A stretch of 64,000 nt of DNA, from positions 1,632,001 to 1,696,000 of the forward strand of contig OZ252299.1 in assembly GCA_965250285.1 (NCBI GenBank), read 5' to 3'. Made by a program: the position numbers and the translations under genes. The notes under the pieces were generated by a model. It did not search any database and was not told the origin of the DNA. It worked only from the letters and a program-made list of their open reading frames with translations. The number at the start of each line of letters is the position of its first letter. Position 1 is the first letter of the stretch. The stretch is from Myxococcota bacterium (GTDB taxonomy: Bacteria; Myxococcota_A; UBA9160; UBA4427). This document shows, piece by piece, positions 1 through 10,372 of the stretch.

Positions 1-134
1 CGGCCGATTTTGCGCACGTGCCCTACGAGGTGCTCGGCCGCATCTCGAATCGCATCATCAACGAGGTGAAGGGCATCAACCGGGTCGTCTACGACATCTC
101 GTCGAAGCCGCCCGCGACGATCGAGTGGGAATAG
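1..134 (+). CDS. guaA: GMP synthase, 3' end (partial)
   Basis: Frame from position 3 reads [43 protein letters not shown], the conserved GuaA C-terminus. Confidence 0.97.
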   Translation, partial: ADFAHVPYEVLGRISNRIINEVKGINRVVYDISSKPPATIEWE

Positions 135-269
135 GGCGCCCGAGCGCGCCGAGCCGAAACGGTGTGCCAGCGTTGGCCGGGGGGTGTGACGCGATGTCGA
201 ATCTGAACAACGAGGCCGCTCCGTCGCGGCCGTCTGGTCGATGCGCTGCGGCGCCCGGGGCGGTCTAGC

Positions 270-3200
270 GTGCCGAAGCCCTTCGTCCATCTCCACCTGC
301 ATACGCAGTACTCACTGCTCGACGGGGCCATCAAGCACAACCCGCTCTTCGAGCGGGCCAAGGCGTGCAACATGCCGGCGGTCGCGCAGACCGACCACGG
401 CAATCTCTTCGGCTCGGTCGAGTTCTACGAGAAGGCCCTCGCGAACGACGTCAAGCCGATCATCGGCTGCGAGGTCTACTTCGCCGGTGGCTCGCGGTTC
501 GACCGCGAGCGGCGCGAACGCGACGAGCAGGGCTTCGATGCCATGAACCACCTGCTGCTGCTCGCGATGAACGAGCAGGGTTACCAGAACTTGATGTATC
601 TGGTCTCGAAGGCGTACCTCGAGGGCTTCTACTACAAGCCCCGGGTCGACTGGGATCTGCTCTCGAACCATCACGAAGGTCTCATCGCCACCTCGGGTTG
701 CCTCTCGGCTCCCGTGCCGCGGGCGATCGTGCGCGGTGAAACCCAGCGCGCCTGGCAGCTCGCCGAGCAGTTCCACGATCTGTTTGGCGATCGCTACTAC
801 CTCGAGGTGCAACGTCACGGCATCCACGATCAGGACGTCGTGAATGAAGAGCTATTCAAGATGGCCCACGATATGCGGATCCCGCTCGTGGCCACGAACG
901 ACGCGCACTATCTCGATGCCGATGATCACGAACACCACGACGCGCTGTTGTGCATCGGCACCGCTGCCAACCTCTCCGACGAGAAGCGCTTCCGGTTCGA
1001 TGGCAGCGGCTTCTACGTTCGCAATGGCGACGAGATGCGCGAGATCTTTCATGATCATCCCGAGGCGGTCGAGAACACCCTCGTCATCGCCGAGCGCTGC
1101 GCGGTCGAGATCCCGATGGGCACGTACCACATGCCCGACTACCAGGTGCCGGCGGGCAAGAGCCTCGACGAGGTCATGGAGGAGCAGGCGCTGACCGGGC
1201 TGCGTGAGAAGCTCGGCATGGCGCCCGATCAGCCCTTCGAGACGAGCGACCAGAAGACCTATCTCGAGCGTCTCGGCCACGAGACGAAGGTGATCCGGGA
1301 CATGGGGTTCTCGGGCTACTTCTTGATCGTGGCCGACTTCATCAACTACGCGAAGCGAAACGGCATCCCGGTCGGTCCCGGGCGCGGCAGCTCGGCGGGC
1401 AGCCTGGTCGCGTACGGCATGAACATCACCAATGTCGACCCGATCGAGTACGACATCATCTTCGAGCGGTTCCTGAACCCCGAGCGCGTCTCGATGCCGG
1501 ATATCGACGTCGACTTCTGCATGCGCGGGCGCGAGCAGGTGATCCGCTACGTCGCGGACAAGTACGACGGCGATCGGCCAGCCCCACGCGAGGGCATGGA
1601 CGAGCGCGACGGCGAGTTCGACCAGATGCGGGTCGCACAGATCGTGACATTCGGGACGCTGCAGGCGAAGGCGGCCATTCGCGACGTCGGCCGTGTGCTC
1701 GGCATGAGCTTCGGCGACGTCGACCGAATCGCGAAGCTCGTGCCCGAGGTGCTCGGGATCACGCTCGCCGAGGCGATCGAGCAGAGTCCCGAGCTGCGTG
1801 CGCGCATGGGCTCCGACGGCCAGGTCGCGAAGCTGATGGAGACGGCGCAGCGTCTCGAAGGGCTCACGAGACACGCGTCGAAGCACGCCGCGGGCGTGGT
1901 CATTGGCACCAAGCCGCTCATCGAGATGGTGCCGCTCTACCGCGACCCGAAGAGCGGCGACGTGATGAGCCAGTACAACATGGTCTGCGTCGAGCAGGTC
2001 GGGCTGATCAAGTTCGACTTCCTGGGGCTCAAGACCCTGACGCTGATGTCCGACGCCGAGCGCATGATTCGGCGCAAGCCCGGCTTCGAGGACTTCGACG
2101 TCAACGCGATCCCACTCGACGACACGACGACCTACGACCTGCTCTGCTCGGGTGACACCGAGGGGGTGTTCCAGGTCGAATCATCGGGCATGACCGACCT
2201 GGTGCTGAAGCTCAAGCCGCGCAGCTTCCGCGAGGTGATCCCGCTCGTCGCGCTGTACCGGCCGGGTCCGCTTCAGAGCGGCATGGTCGACGACTTCGTG
2301 AATCGGAAGAACGGACACACGAAGATCGCCTACCTGCACCCGACGATCGTCGACCTGACCGAGGAGACCCTCGGCGTCATCGTCTACCAGGATCAGGTGC
2401 TGCAGATCGCGCAGCGGATGGCGGGCTACAGCCTGGGCGAGGCCGATCTGCTGCGCCGCGCTATGGGCAAGAAGAAGCCCGAGGAGATGCAGAAGCAGCG
2501 CGCGCGCTTCATCGACGGGTCGGTCGAGAACGACATCCCGGCGAAAGAGGCGGGCGACGTCTTCGATCTGATCGTCGAGTTCGCGGGCTACGGGTTTCCG
2601 AAGGCACACTCGACGGCCTACGCCTACATCACCTATCAGACCGCCTACCTGAAGGCGAACCACCGCGCCGAGTATCTCGCGGCGGTGCTGACGATCGACT
2701 CGGCGAACCATGACCGGATGTCTCGTTACATCGCCCATGTGCGCGAGAGCGGCATCGAGATCCTGCCGCCCGACGTGAACGGCAGCGAGAAGGACTTCAA
2801 CGTGGTCGAAGGGGCGATCCGCTTCGGCTTCGCCGGGATCAAGAACGTGGGGGCCGGGGCGATCGACTCGGTCCTCGAGGCGCGCGGCGATGGCGGTCCG
2901 TTCGAGAGCTTGTTCGACTTCTGCGCGCGTGTCGATGCGCGCAAGGTAAATCGCCGCGTCGTCGAGGCGCTCGTCCGCTGCGGCGCCTTCGACACGCTGC
3001 ACCCGAACCGCTCGTCGGTCTGGGCAAGTCTCGACGGCGCGCTCGAGCGTGCGGCTTCGGAGCAACGTGACCGCGCGGTCGGGCAGGAGAACCTGTTCGG
3101 CGGTCTCACGGGCGACGACGCGCCGACCAAACCGGTCCTGCTGGACGCGCCCGACTGGAGCGAGCGCGAGCGACTCGCGCACGAGAAGGAGCTGCTCGGC

Positions 3201-3818
3201 TTCTACGTGAGCGGACACCCGCTCGGCGAGGTCGCGGGAGAGATGCGCCGCTACACGGACACCACCTCGACGACCGCCGAGGGCAAGGACGGTCGCGAGG
3301 TCATGGTGGGTGGGCTGCTCGCCGGGCTGCGCGAAACGCGCACCAAGCGCGGACAGCGCATGGGCTTCGCGACGCTCGAAGACCTCGAAGGGGCGTTCGA
3401 GCTCGTCATCTTCTCCGACCCGTACAACATGCACGTCGAGACCCTCCGGGAGGCTTCGGACGGCGGCGGCGAGGGTGGCCCACTGCCGCTGCTCATCTCG
3501 GGTACGCTCGAGATGGGGGACCCGCCGAAGATCCTGGTGCGAGACGTCTTGAAGCTGACCGAGGCACAGCAGCGCCTGACGCAGCGCCTGCGCGTGCGCG
3601 TCCTCGAGCCCGATGTGGATCGCGACCGGATGCTCGCGCTGCGCGAGGTGTTGCGGTCGCATCAGGGCGATTGCTCGGTCTACCTTCACATCACGATCCC
3701 GGGCGAGAGCGAGACGGTGCTCCAGATCGGCGGGATCCGGGGGGTCGACCCGAGCGACGTGCTGCTCAAGGACGTCGACGCACTCTTCGGACGCCCGGTC
3801 ACGGAGTGCTCGGCGTGA
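270..3818 (+). CDS. dnaE: DNA polymerase III alpha subunit
   Basis: 1182 aa; PHP motif HLHLHTQYSLLDG, GPGRGSSAGS, PDIDVDF, KFDFLGL, C-terminal OB fold. Confidence 0.98.
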   Translation: MPKPFVHLHLHTQYSLLDGAIKHNPLFERAKACNMPAVAQTDHGNLFGSVEFYEKALANDVKPIIGCEVYFAGGSRFDRERRERDEQGFDAMNHLLLLAMNEQGYQNLMYLVSKAYLEGFYYKPRVDWDLLSNHHEGLIATSGCLSAPVPRAIVRGETQRAWQLAEQFHDLFGDRYYLEVQRHGIHDQDVVNEELFKMAHDMRIPLVATNDAHYLDADDHEHHDALLCIGTAANLSDEKRFRFDGSGFYVRNGDEMREIFHDHPEAVENTLVIAERCAVEIPMGTYHMPDYQVPAGKSLDEVMEEQALTGLREKLGMAPDQPFETSDQKTYLERLGHETKVIRDMGFSGYFLIVADFINYAKRNGIPVGPGRGSSAGSLVAYGMNITNVDPIEYDIIFERFLNPERVSMPDIDVDFCMRGREQVIRYVADKYDGDRPAPREGMDERDGEFDQMRVAQIVTFGTLQAKAAIRDVGRVLGMSFGDVDRIAKLVPEVLGITLAEAIEQSPELRARMGSDGQVAKLMETAQRLEGLTRHASKHAAGVVIGTKPLIEMVPLYRDPKSGDVMSQYNMVCVEQVGLIKFDFLGLKTLTLMSDAERMIRRKPGFEDFDVNAIPLDDTTTYDLLCSGDTEGVFQVESSGMTDLVLKLKPRSFREVIPLVALYRPGPLQSGMVDDFVNRKNGHTKIAYLHPTIVDLTEETLGVIVYQDQVLQIAQRMAGYSLGEADLLRRAMGKKKPEEMQKQRARFIDGSVENDIPAKEAGDVFDLIVEFAGYGFPKAHSTAYAYITYQTAYLKANHRAEYLAAVLTIDSANHDRMSRYIAHVRESGIEILPPDVNGSEKDFNVVEGAIRFGFAGIKNVGAGAIDSVLEARGDGGPFESLFDFCARVDARKVNRRVVEALVRCGAFDTLHPNRSSVWASLDGALERAASEQRDRAVGQENLFGGLTGDDAPTKPVLLDAPDWSERERLAHEKELLGFYVSGHPLGEVAGEMRRYTDTTSTTAEGKDGREVMVGGLLAGLRETRTKRGQRMGFATLEDLEGAFELVIFSDPYNMHVETLREASDGGGEGGPLPLLISGTLEMGDPPKILVRDVLKLTEAQQRLTQRLRVRVLEPDVDRDRMLALREVLRSHQGDCSVYLHITIPGESETVLQIGGIRGVDPSDVLLKDVDALFGRPVTECSA

Positions 3819-3898
3819 AGACGGTCCAGACTGCGACCGGGTGCGCCGATGAGTTCGAGCGCCGTCGCACCGGGCGGTTCACACAGGGAGTGCGCGGC

Positions 3899-4738
3899 AT
3901 GCAACGATGGCATCGAAGCGTTCGGGGCTCGAGCTCTGGATGCGCGGGGCCCTGGCTGTGGACCGTCGGGATCACGCTGGCGATGTCGCTCTGCGCAGCG
4001 GCCGCGCACGCCGAGGATCAGCGGGTGCTGCGGGTCGTGGGCGTGCAGCCTCTCGATCAGTCGGCGGCGCGGGCGGGCGGGCCGCGCCAGGGCGCGATCG
4101 ACGCTGCGCTCTACGAGGCGGTCTCTCGCGTCGCGCAGGAGCTCGTGGACGAGTACGGCCCCGTCGCGTCGCAGGCAGGTGGGGACGGCGGCGACGGCGC
4201 GGGCGACGGCCTGCCCGACGGCTGGATGAAGAGCGCGCTCGGCCAGAACATGACGCCGTTCGCGCGCTCGTTTCGGATCGTCGAAGACCAGGGCAGCCGG
4301 CCCGTGCTCTTCAAGGGCGAGACCGACGCGACCCACGAGTACGTGGTCGTGGTCGAGACGAGTGTCGACGTCGACAAGGTGCGGGATCGGCTCACCGAGA
4401 AGGGCATCATTGCGCTGCAAGAGGACGACTTCGGCGAGGACGGTGTCGAGATCGAAGCCCTCGGGCTCCGCCATTGGTCCGGGTACGAGGCGCTGCTCGC
4501 GGCGCTCGAGGGGCCGGGCGTTCGGGCCAGCGACGTCCGCCCGCTCGAGTTCGAGGCGGGGCGTGCGCTCGTGCACGCGGTCGTCCGTGGCTCGGCCGAG
4601 GATGTGCTCGTGCGGTTGATGGCCGATACGCCGCCGGGCTTCGAGATCACGGACGGCGACGTCAGCTACAACGGCACGACGCCGCGGGTCGAGCTCAAGG
4701 TGCTCTGGACGCCGCCCGCGGCTCCGGCGGCCCGTTGA
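3899..4738 (+). CDS. Hypothetical exported protein
   Basis: Natural-looking ORF with hydrophobic signal-like segment ending AAAAHA; start uncertain. Confidence 0.65.
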   Translation: MQRWHRSVRGSSSGCAGPWLWTVGITLAMSLCAAAAHAEDQRVLRVVGVQPLDQSAARAGGPRQGAIDAALYEAVSRVAQELVDEYGPVASQAGGDGGDGAGDGLPDGWMKSALGQNMTPFARSFRIVEDQGSRPVLFKGETDATHEYVVVVETSVDVDKVRDRLTEKGIIALQEDDFGEDGVEIEALGLRHWSGYEALLAALEGPGVRASDVRPLEFEAGRALVHAVVRGSAEDVLVRLMADTPPGFEITDGDVSYNGTTPRVELKVLWTPPAAPAAR

Positions 4739-4854
4739 GGGCGCGCGCTGACCGGTCCACGGACTTCCCAGCGGGGAATCGGTGAGGGCATCGTGCGCGC
4801 CCACCGGGCGGGCCGGGAAGATCACCGGAAGCCACGACGGGTGACCCGATCGCG

Positions 4855-4883
4855 TTGACACGAGGCGGCAGAACGGTAAATAT
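4855..4883 (+). promoter_or_regulatory. Putative sigma70 promoter for tRNA-Val/thrS
   Basis: Perfect TTGACA at 4855-4860 followed 16-17 nt later by AT-rich TAAATAT, about 20 nt before the tRNA. Confidence 0.55.
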
Positions 4884-4904
4884 CCCGCCGCCTTAGCTGG
4901 ATTC

Positions 4905-4980
4905 AGGCACGTAGCTCAGGGGCTAGAGCACCACCTTGACACGGTGGGGGTCGGCGGTTCAAATCCGCCCGTGCCTACCA
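4905..4980 (+). tRNA. tRNA-Val(GAC)
   Basis: AGGCACG/CGTGCCT acceptor stem, anticodon arm CCACC-TTGACAC-GGTGG, GGTTCAAATCC T-arm, encoded CCA. Confidence 0.97.
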
Positions 4981-5167
4981 TCCGCGCCCAGGGGGCCTGG
5001 TCTTGAGGCCAGGTGTCCGAGTCGGATGGCCGCGTGGCGACACTCCGCCACGGGATCCGCAAGCATCGACCTTCGACGGCGCCGACGCTGACGCATGAGA
5101 TCGTGCGAGAGCCGGCCCTTCAATCGGGAAGTCCGACGACGACGACGCCCATGATGAAAATGAAATC

Positions 5168-7108
5168 ATGAGTCCCATCACCGTCAGCCTGCCCGATGGC
5201 AAGGCGCTGTCGGTCGACGAAGGCTCCACAGTGCTCTCCGTGGCTGAGATGATCGGCCCGGGTCTCGCTAAAGCAGCACTCGCCGGAAGAATCGAAGGCC
5301 ACCTCGTCGACCTTCGCCAGCCTCTCACCGAGGACGTGGCGCTCGAGATCGTGACTACGCGCGATCCCGAGGGCGGCGACGTCCTGCGCCACAGTGCCGA
5401 GCACGTGATGGCCGACGCGGTGAAGCGCCTGTTCCCCGACGCCCAGGTCGATGCCGGCCGCGCCGATCACAGCGAGAAGTTTCAGTACGACTTCCTCGTC
5501 GCCGAGCCCTTCACGCCCGACGATCTCGAGAAGATCGAGGCGGAGATGCGGAAGGTCCTGAAGGAGAAGGCCGAGTTCTCGCGTGACGTGGTGACCCGCG
5601 ATGAGGCCAAGCAGCTCTTCGGCGACATGGGAGAGCAGCTCAAGCTCGAGCGACTGGCCGACATCCCGGACGACGCCGAGATCACCGTGTTTCGTCACGG
5701 TGACTTCGTCGACCTCTGTCGCGGGCCCCACGTTCGATCGACGAGCCAGATCGGCGCCGTGAAGCTGCTCGAGGCGAGCGGCGTCTACTTCAAGGGCGAC
5801 GAGTCGGGGCCGAAGCTGCAGCGGATCTACGGCACCGCCTTCGCCGACAAGAAGCAGCTGAAGGCCTACCTCGAGCGGATCGAAGAGGCGAAGAAGCGTG
5901 ATCACCGCCGCGTCGGGCCGCAGCTCGATCTCTTCCACCTCGACCAGATTGCGCCGGGCTCACCCTTCTATCTGCCCAAGGGCATGGTCGTGTACAACGG
6001 CCTCGTCGACTACGTGAAGTCGCTCTACCCGAAGTATGGCTTCGACGAGGTCATGACGCCCCAGCTGAACCGCAGCGAGCTGTACAAGAAGTCCGGTCAC
6101 TACGACATGTTCAAGGACGACATGTACTTCTTCGAGGGCACCGACGAGGGCGAAGAGCTCGGCGTCAAGGCGACCAATTGCCCCGGGCACTGCGAGATGT
6201 TCGCGAGCCGCAAGCGATCGTACCGCGAGCTGCCGTTGCGATTCGCCGAGTTCTCGCGGCTCCACCGCAACGAGCGGAGCGGCACGCTGAACGGGCTCGC
6301 TCGGGTGCGGTCGATGGCGCAGGACGATGCGCACATCTTCTGCGAGCCCGAGCAGGTCTGGGCCGAGGTCGATCAATTCTTCCAGCTGATGGCGGAGCTC
6401 TACGGGAGCCTCGGCCTCGACGGCGTGCACATGGCGGTGTCGACGCGCCCCGACCCGTACCTGGGCGACGCCGCCGACTGGGAAGAGGGCGAGAAGGCGC
6501 TGGTCGCGGCGGTCGAGCGCGCCGGCTTCGAGTGCCGGATCAAGCCCGGTGAAGCGGCCTTCTACGGCCCCAAGGTCGAGGCCGATTTCGAGGACGTGCT
6601 CGGGCGACGCTGGACGCTCGGGACGATTCAGATCGACATGGCGATGCCCGCGCGCTTCGGTCTCAAGTACATCGGGCGCGACGGCGAGCCGCACCAGCCC
6701 GCCATGCTGCACCGCGCCGTGCTGGGTTCGATCGAGCGATTCATGGCGATCTACATCGAACACACGGGCGGGGACTTTCCGTTCTGGCTCGCCCCCGTTC
6801 AGGTGGCCGTCGTGCCGATCAGCGAGAAGCACGCCGACTATGCCGCCGGGGTGCATGAGCGCCTTCGCGAAGCGGGCGTGCGTGCCGAGCTCGATGATCG
6901 GAGCGAGACCCTCGGCTATCGCATTCGTGAGGCCGAGAACAACAAGATTCCGCTGGTCCTCGTGATTGGCGACCAGGAGGTCGAGGGCGGGACGGTCTCG
7001 CCGCGCCTCCGCAAGTCGAAGGACAAGCTCGAGGCGACGGAGACCGGGGCGCTCGTGGAGCAGCTGGCCGGTGCCCACCGCGAGCGCAAGCTCGGTCCCT
7101 TTGCCTAG
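5168..7108 (+). CDS. thrS: Threonine--tRNA ligase
   Basis: TGS N-terminus, HSAEH and DLCRGPH editing motifs, RDHRR, NCPGH, AAFYGPK, HRAVLGSIERF. Confidence 0.98.
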   Translation: MSPITVSLPDGKALSVDEGSTVLSVAEMIGPGLAKAALAGRIEGHLVDLRQPLTEDVALEIVTTRDPEGGDVLRHSAEHVMADAVKRLFPDAQVDAGRADHSEKFQYDFLVAEPFTPDDLEKIEAEMRKVLKEKAEFSRDVVTRDEAKQLFGDMGEQLKLERLADIPDDAEITVFRHGDFVDLCRGPHVRSTSQIGAVKLLEASGVYFKGDESGPKLQRIYGTAFADKKQLKAYLERIEEAKKRDHRRVGPQLDLFHLDQIAPGSPFYLPKGMVVYNGLVDYVKSLYPKYGFDEVMTPQLNRSELYKKSGHYDMFKDDMYFFEGTDEGEELGVKATNCPGHCEMFASRKRSYRELPLRFAEFSRLHRNERSGTLNGLARVRSMAQDDAHIFCEPEQVWAEVDQFFQLMAELYGSLGLDGVHMAVSTRPDPYLGDAADWEEGEKALVAAVERAGFECRIKPGEAAFYGPKVEADFEDVLGRRWTLGTIQIDMAMPARFGLKYIGRDGEPHQPAMLHRAVLGSIERFMAIYIEHTGGDFPFWLAPVQVAVVPISEKHADYAAGVHERLREAGVRAELDDRSETLGYRIREAENNKIPLVLVIGDQEVEGGTVSPRLRKSKDKLEATETGALVEQLAGAHRERKLGPFA

Positions 7109-7134
7109 GGCGAAACAGCCAGGAGGAACAACTC

Positions 7135-7818
7135 ATTCCCATTCGATCCAAGTACCGAATCGTGGCTCCCGAGAAGGATACCGTGCGCATCAACGAGCGG
7201 ATTCGCGTGCGCGAGATCCGCGTGATCGGCTCTGATTCCGAGCAGCTCGGCGTGATGTCCCCCGAAGAGGCCCTCGCGCTCGCGCGTGAAGAGGGGCTCG
7301 ACCTCGTCGAGGTCGCTGCCAACTCGCGACCGCCGGTGTGCCGCATCATGGACTACGGCCGGTACAAGTACGAACAGCAAAAGAAGAAGAAGAGCACGAA
7401 GTCGCATGCGGCGACGCTCAAAGAAGTGAAGATGCGTCCCGGTACGGACCAGCACGATCTCAACTTCAAGCTCGGCAAGGTGCGCAAGTTCCTGGTCGAG
7501 GGCGACAAGGTCAAGATCACGGTCATGTTTCGCGGGCGCGAGATGGTCCACACCGATCGTGGGCGAAAGCAGCTGCAGGTCGTCATGGAGCAGCTCGGGT
7601 CGCTCGCGAAGATGGAAAATCCGCCGCGCATGGAAGGGCGCTTCATGTCGATGATCGTCGTCGGCGAGCGCGAAGCCATCGCGGAGCTGAAGAAGAACCA
7701 GGAGGCCGAAGCCCAGAGCGCTGACGCTGCCGAGTCGACCGAAGGGGAGACGAAGGCCGCGAAGAGTGCCGAGGAGCCGAAGGCCGCCGAAACCGCCGTC
7801 GAAGACGGCCAGGGATGA
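7135..7818 (+). CDS. infC: Translation initiation factor IF-3 (probable AUU start)
   Basis: [36 protein letters not shown]; in-frame ATT at 7135 lies 8 nt after AGGAGG (7121-7126). Confidence 0.95.
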   Translation: MPIRSKYRIVAPEKDTVRINERIRVREIRVIGSDSEQLGVMSPEEALALAREEGLDLVEVAANSRPPVCRIMDYGRYKYEQQKKKKSTKSHAATLKEVKMRPGTDQHDLNFKLGKVRKFLVEGDKVKITVMFRGREMVHTDRGRKQLQVVMEQLGSLAKMENPPRMEGRFMSMIVVGEREAIAELKKNQEAEAQSADAAESTEGETKAAKSAEEPKAAETAVEDGQG

Positions 7819-7822
7819 AGAC

Positions 7823-8020
7823 ATGCCCAAGATGAAGTCGCATTCAGGCGCCGCGAAGCGCTTCAAGCGCACCGGTACCGGCAAGATCAAGCGAAGCAAG
7901 GCCAACAAGCAGCACATCCTCACGACCAAGACGACCAAGCGAAAGCGGCAGCTGCGCAAGAAGGACGAGGTGTCGGACGCGGACGTGCCCCGGGTGGAGC
8001 GCCTGCTTCCCTACCTCTGA
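7823..8020 (+). CDS. rpmI: 50S ribosomal protein L35
   Basis: [24 protein letters not shown]; position between infC and rplT. Confidence 0.97.
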   Translation: MPKMKSHSGAAKRFKRTGTGKIKRSKANKQHILTTKTTKRKRQLRKKDEVSDADVPRVERLLPYL

Positions 8021-8125
8021 GCATCGGGATCGAAGAGCAGGGTGCTGAGGCATCCATCGAAACGAATCGCATCGTCCGCGCCGAGCGCAGGGACGATCCA
8101 CGACTGAACGAGTGAGGACAGAGTC

Positions 8126-8482
8126 ATGTCACGAGTCAAGCGCGGTGTATCCGCACGGGCCCGTCGCAACCGGACGATGAAGCGAGCCAAGGGCTTCGTC
8201 GGCGGTCGCGGCAAGCTTCACAGTGTCGCCATGGAGGCGGTCGAGAAGGCCGACAAGTACGCCTACCGAGACCGCAAGCAGCGCAAGCGGGAGTTCCGCG
8301 CGCTGTGGATCGCGCGCATCAACGCCGCCGCGCGGGAGCACAGCCTCTCGTACAGCCGCTTCATCGATGGTCTGAAGAAGGCCGGCGTCGAGATCGATCG
8401 CAAGGTGCTGGCCCAGCTGGCCATCAGCGATCCGAAGGCATTCGGTCAGCTCGCCGAGCTCGCAAAGAACTCGGTTGCCTAG
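8126..8482 (+). CDS. rplT: 50S ribosomal protein L20
   Basis: [34 protein letters not shown]. Confidence 0.98.
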   Translation: MSRVKRGVSARARRNRTMKRAKGFVGGRGKLHSVAMEAVEKADKYAYRDRKQRKREFRALWIARINAAAREHSLSYSRFIDGLKKAGVEIDRKVLAQLAISDPKAFGQLAELAKNSVA

Positions 8483-8776
8483 CATCGCGGGGCGAGCGAC
8501 ACCGGGCCGGGATCGGCTCGGATCGGGGCGCGTGACCCGGGTCTCGACTTCTCCTGGCCGCGCGCCGGGTGGTCGTGCCGCGCCCGGCCCGATGCTTCGT
8601 GGGTGAACGGCCCCGCCGATGTCTGCGGCGGCGACGGTTTCACTCCAGGCAGCTGCGTAAAGGCCCGAAAAGCGTAGTAAAATGATCGCGTCGGCGACGC
8701 CCGCCGAGCATCGCCGACGCTGCCGCAGTCCCCGTGATCGGGGGCGATCATGCGTGTCACGGGGGGAGAGATCCAG

Positions 8777-9118
8777 ATGACCAAGGCCGAGATCGTGGAG
8801 CAGATCTACGAGCGCGTGGGGTTCTCCAAGAAGGAGGCCGCCGAGCTCGTGGAGAAGGTCTTCGAGATCATCAAGGAGACGTTGGCCGACGGAGAGAAGG
8901 TCAAGATCTCCGGCTTCGGCAACTTCGTGGTGCGGCACAAGAACGCGCGCAAGGGTCGCAACCCGCAGACCGGCGAGGAAATCCTCCTCGAAGCGCGCAA
9001 GGTGCTGACGTTCAAACCCTCGCTCGTGCTAAAGAATGTCTTGAACGAAACGGAGGTCGACGAAGCAGAAGCGTCGGCCGCCAGCTCCGAGGCCCAGACC
9101 GGCGCGGAGCAGATCTGA
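8777..9118 (+). CDS. ihfA: Integration host factor alpha subunit
   Basis: MTKAEIVE, VKISGFGNF, GRNPQTGEEI, TFKPS; followed by MerR gene as is typical for ihfA. Confidence 0.92.
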   Translation: MTKAEIVEQIYERVGFSKKEAAELVEKVFEIIKETLADGEKVKISGFGNFVVRHKNARKGRNPQTGEEILLEARKVLTFKPSLVLKNVLNETEVDEAEASAASSEAQTGAEQI

Positions 9119-9233
9119 TCCAGCCCGTCGACCGGGTTCGACCGCGCACGCTGCAAGGGCGCGTCGCGACGACACGGCCATGACGGGCGAGCGAAGATCG
9201 TTTCGACGACGCGCACGGGGCGGGGGAGAGCGC

Positions 9234-9752
9234 ATGGCCGGGCAGGGTTCGCAGACCAGTTCGAAGACGACGAAGTCGGCTGCCCCTACACGCCATCGCC
9301 CGAAGAACGCTGCCCGCGCCGACGCATCGGCGCCGACCCAGGGCGAGCTGCTGCCCGAGGGCAAGCTCTACTACCGCATCGGTGAAGTCAGCAAGATCAC
9401 CGGCATCAAGCCGCACGTGCTCCGCTACTGGGAGACCGAGTTCCGCTGGATGGCCCCGCCCAAGTCGCGTTCGAAGCAGCGGCTCTACCGGCGCAAGGAC
9501 ATCGAGATGGTGCTCGCGATCAAGAAGCTGCTCTATGACGAGCGCTATACGATCGCCGGCGCGCGGCAGGTGATCCGGGAGCGCGGCGTCGCGAAGCTGC
9601 TCGAAGAGGGCGTGGGGCCGGCACCCGAAATCGAAGAGGCGGCACCGATCGAAACGGCGCCGGCGACGACCGAGGCCGAGGCGCACGATCTGCCCGAGCG
9701 GATCCGAGCGCTGCGCAAAGAGCTCCTGGCGCTGCGTCAGACGCTGGCCTGA
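9234..9752 (+). CDS. MerR-family transcriptional regulator (ihfA-associated)
   Basis: YYRIGEVS, PHVLRYWETEF, RLYRRKDI, LLYDERYTIAGAR. Confidence 0.92.
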   Translation: MAGQGSQTSSKTTKSAAPTRHRPKNAARADASAPTQGELLPEGKLYYRIGEVSKITGIKPHVLRYWETEFRWMAPPKSRSKQRLYRRKDIEMVLAIKKLLYDERYTIAGARQVIRERGVAKLLEEGVGPAPEIEEAAPIETAPATTEAEAHDLPERIRALRKELLALRQTLA

Positions 9753-9765
9753 CCCGGTCGCACGC

Positions 9766-10353
9766 CTAGATCGGCAGCGGCGCGACCGCGAGACCCCACA
9801 ACATCAGCCACAGCATTGCGACGGCGGCGCCGAACGTGCCGACTGCGCGCCAGGTCGTGAAGTCGAGCGCCTGGCGCACGGCGACGACCGTCGCGACGAG
9901 GCTCCACAGCCGCGCGATCGCCAGAATGCCGAGGCCGAGATGGCCCGGTGGCACGAACGAGAACAGCGCAAGGCATGCGGGCGTGAAGGCGAAGCCCGTC
10001 GTGCGCAACACCTCCATGAAGTCGGTCTCGGTCTCGGGCCCGCGGAAGAACGTCGCACCGACCATGTACGAGAAGGTCGATGCGCCGAGCCAGATCACGA
10101 GCGGTTCGAGCGCGACGATCACCATCTGGAAAGCGAGCGGACGGGTGTCGATCAGAACGAACTCGCCCGATTGGGCGCGCAACCAGAAGCCGACGCCACT
10201 CGCGAGCGAAGCCAGCAGAACGACGATCGTCGCCTGTCCAATCGACGACGGGTCGGCTTCGACTTCTTCGTACGTGTCGACATGCAAGAGCGCCGCGCGC
10301 AGCATGCGCTTCGGGAACGGCGTCGTCGTGGCCGGTGCCGCGGCTTCGGTCAT
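9766..10353 (-). CDS. YIP1-like multi-pass membrane protein
   Basis: YEEVEAD, several TM segments, LRTTGFAFTP, VAVRQALD pattern. Confidence 0.7.
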   Translation of the reverse strand: MTEAAAPATTTPFPKRMLRAALLHVDTYEEVEADPSSIGQATIVVLLASLASGVGFWLRAQSGEFVLIDTRPLAFQMVIVALEPLVIWLGASTFSYMVGATFFRGPETETDFMEVLRTTGFAFTPACLALFSFVPPGHLGLGILAIARLWSLVATVVAVRQALDFTTWRAVGTFGAAVAMLWLMLWGLAVAPLPI

Positions 10354-10372
10354 GGCTTCGAGTCGCTCCTGA

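Noticed and set aside
100..270. Island at the guaA 3' end, a known integration hotspot
   Set aside because: dnaE follows after 135 bp; no integrase or att duplication
270..3818. Intein or error-prone DnaE2
   Set aside because: Normal length, no intein motifs, no imuA/imuB neighbours
4981..5167. T-box or tRNA-mimic operator upstream of thrS
   Set aside because: Several small hairpins, but no T-box consensus and no convincing anticodon-like loop
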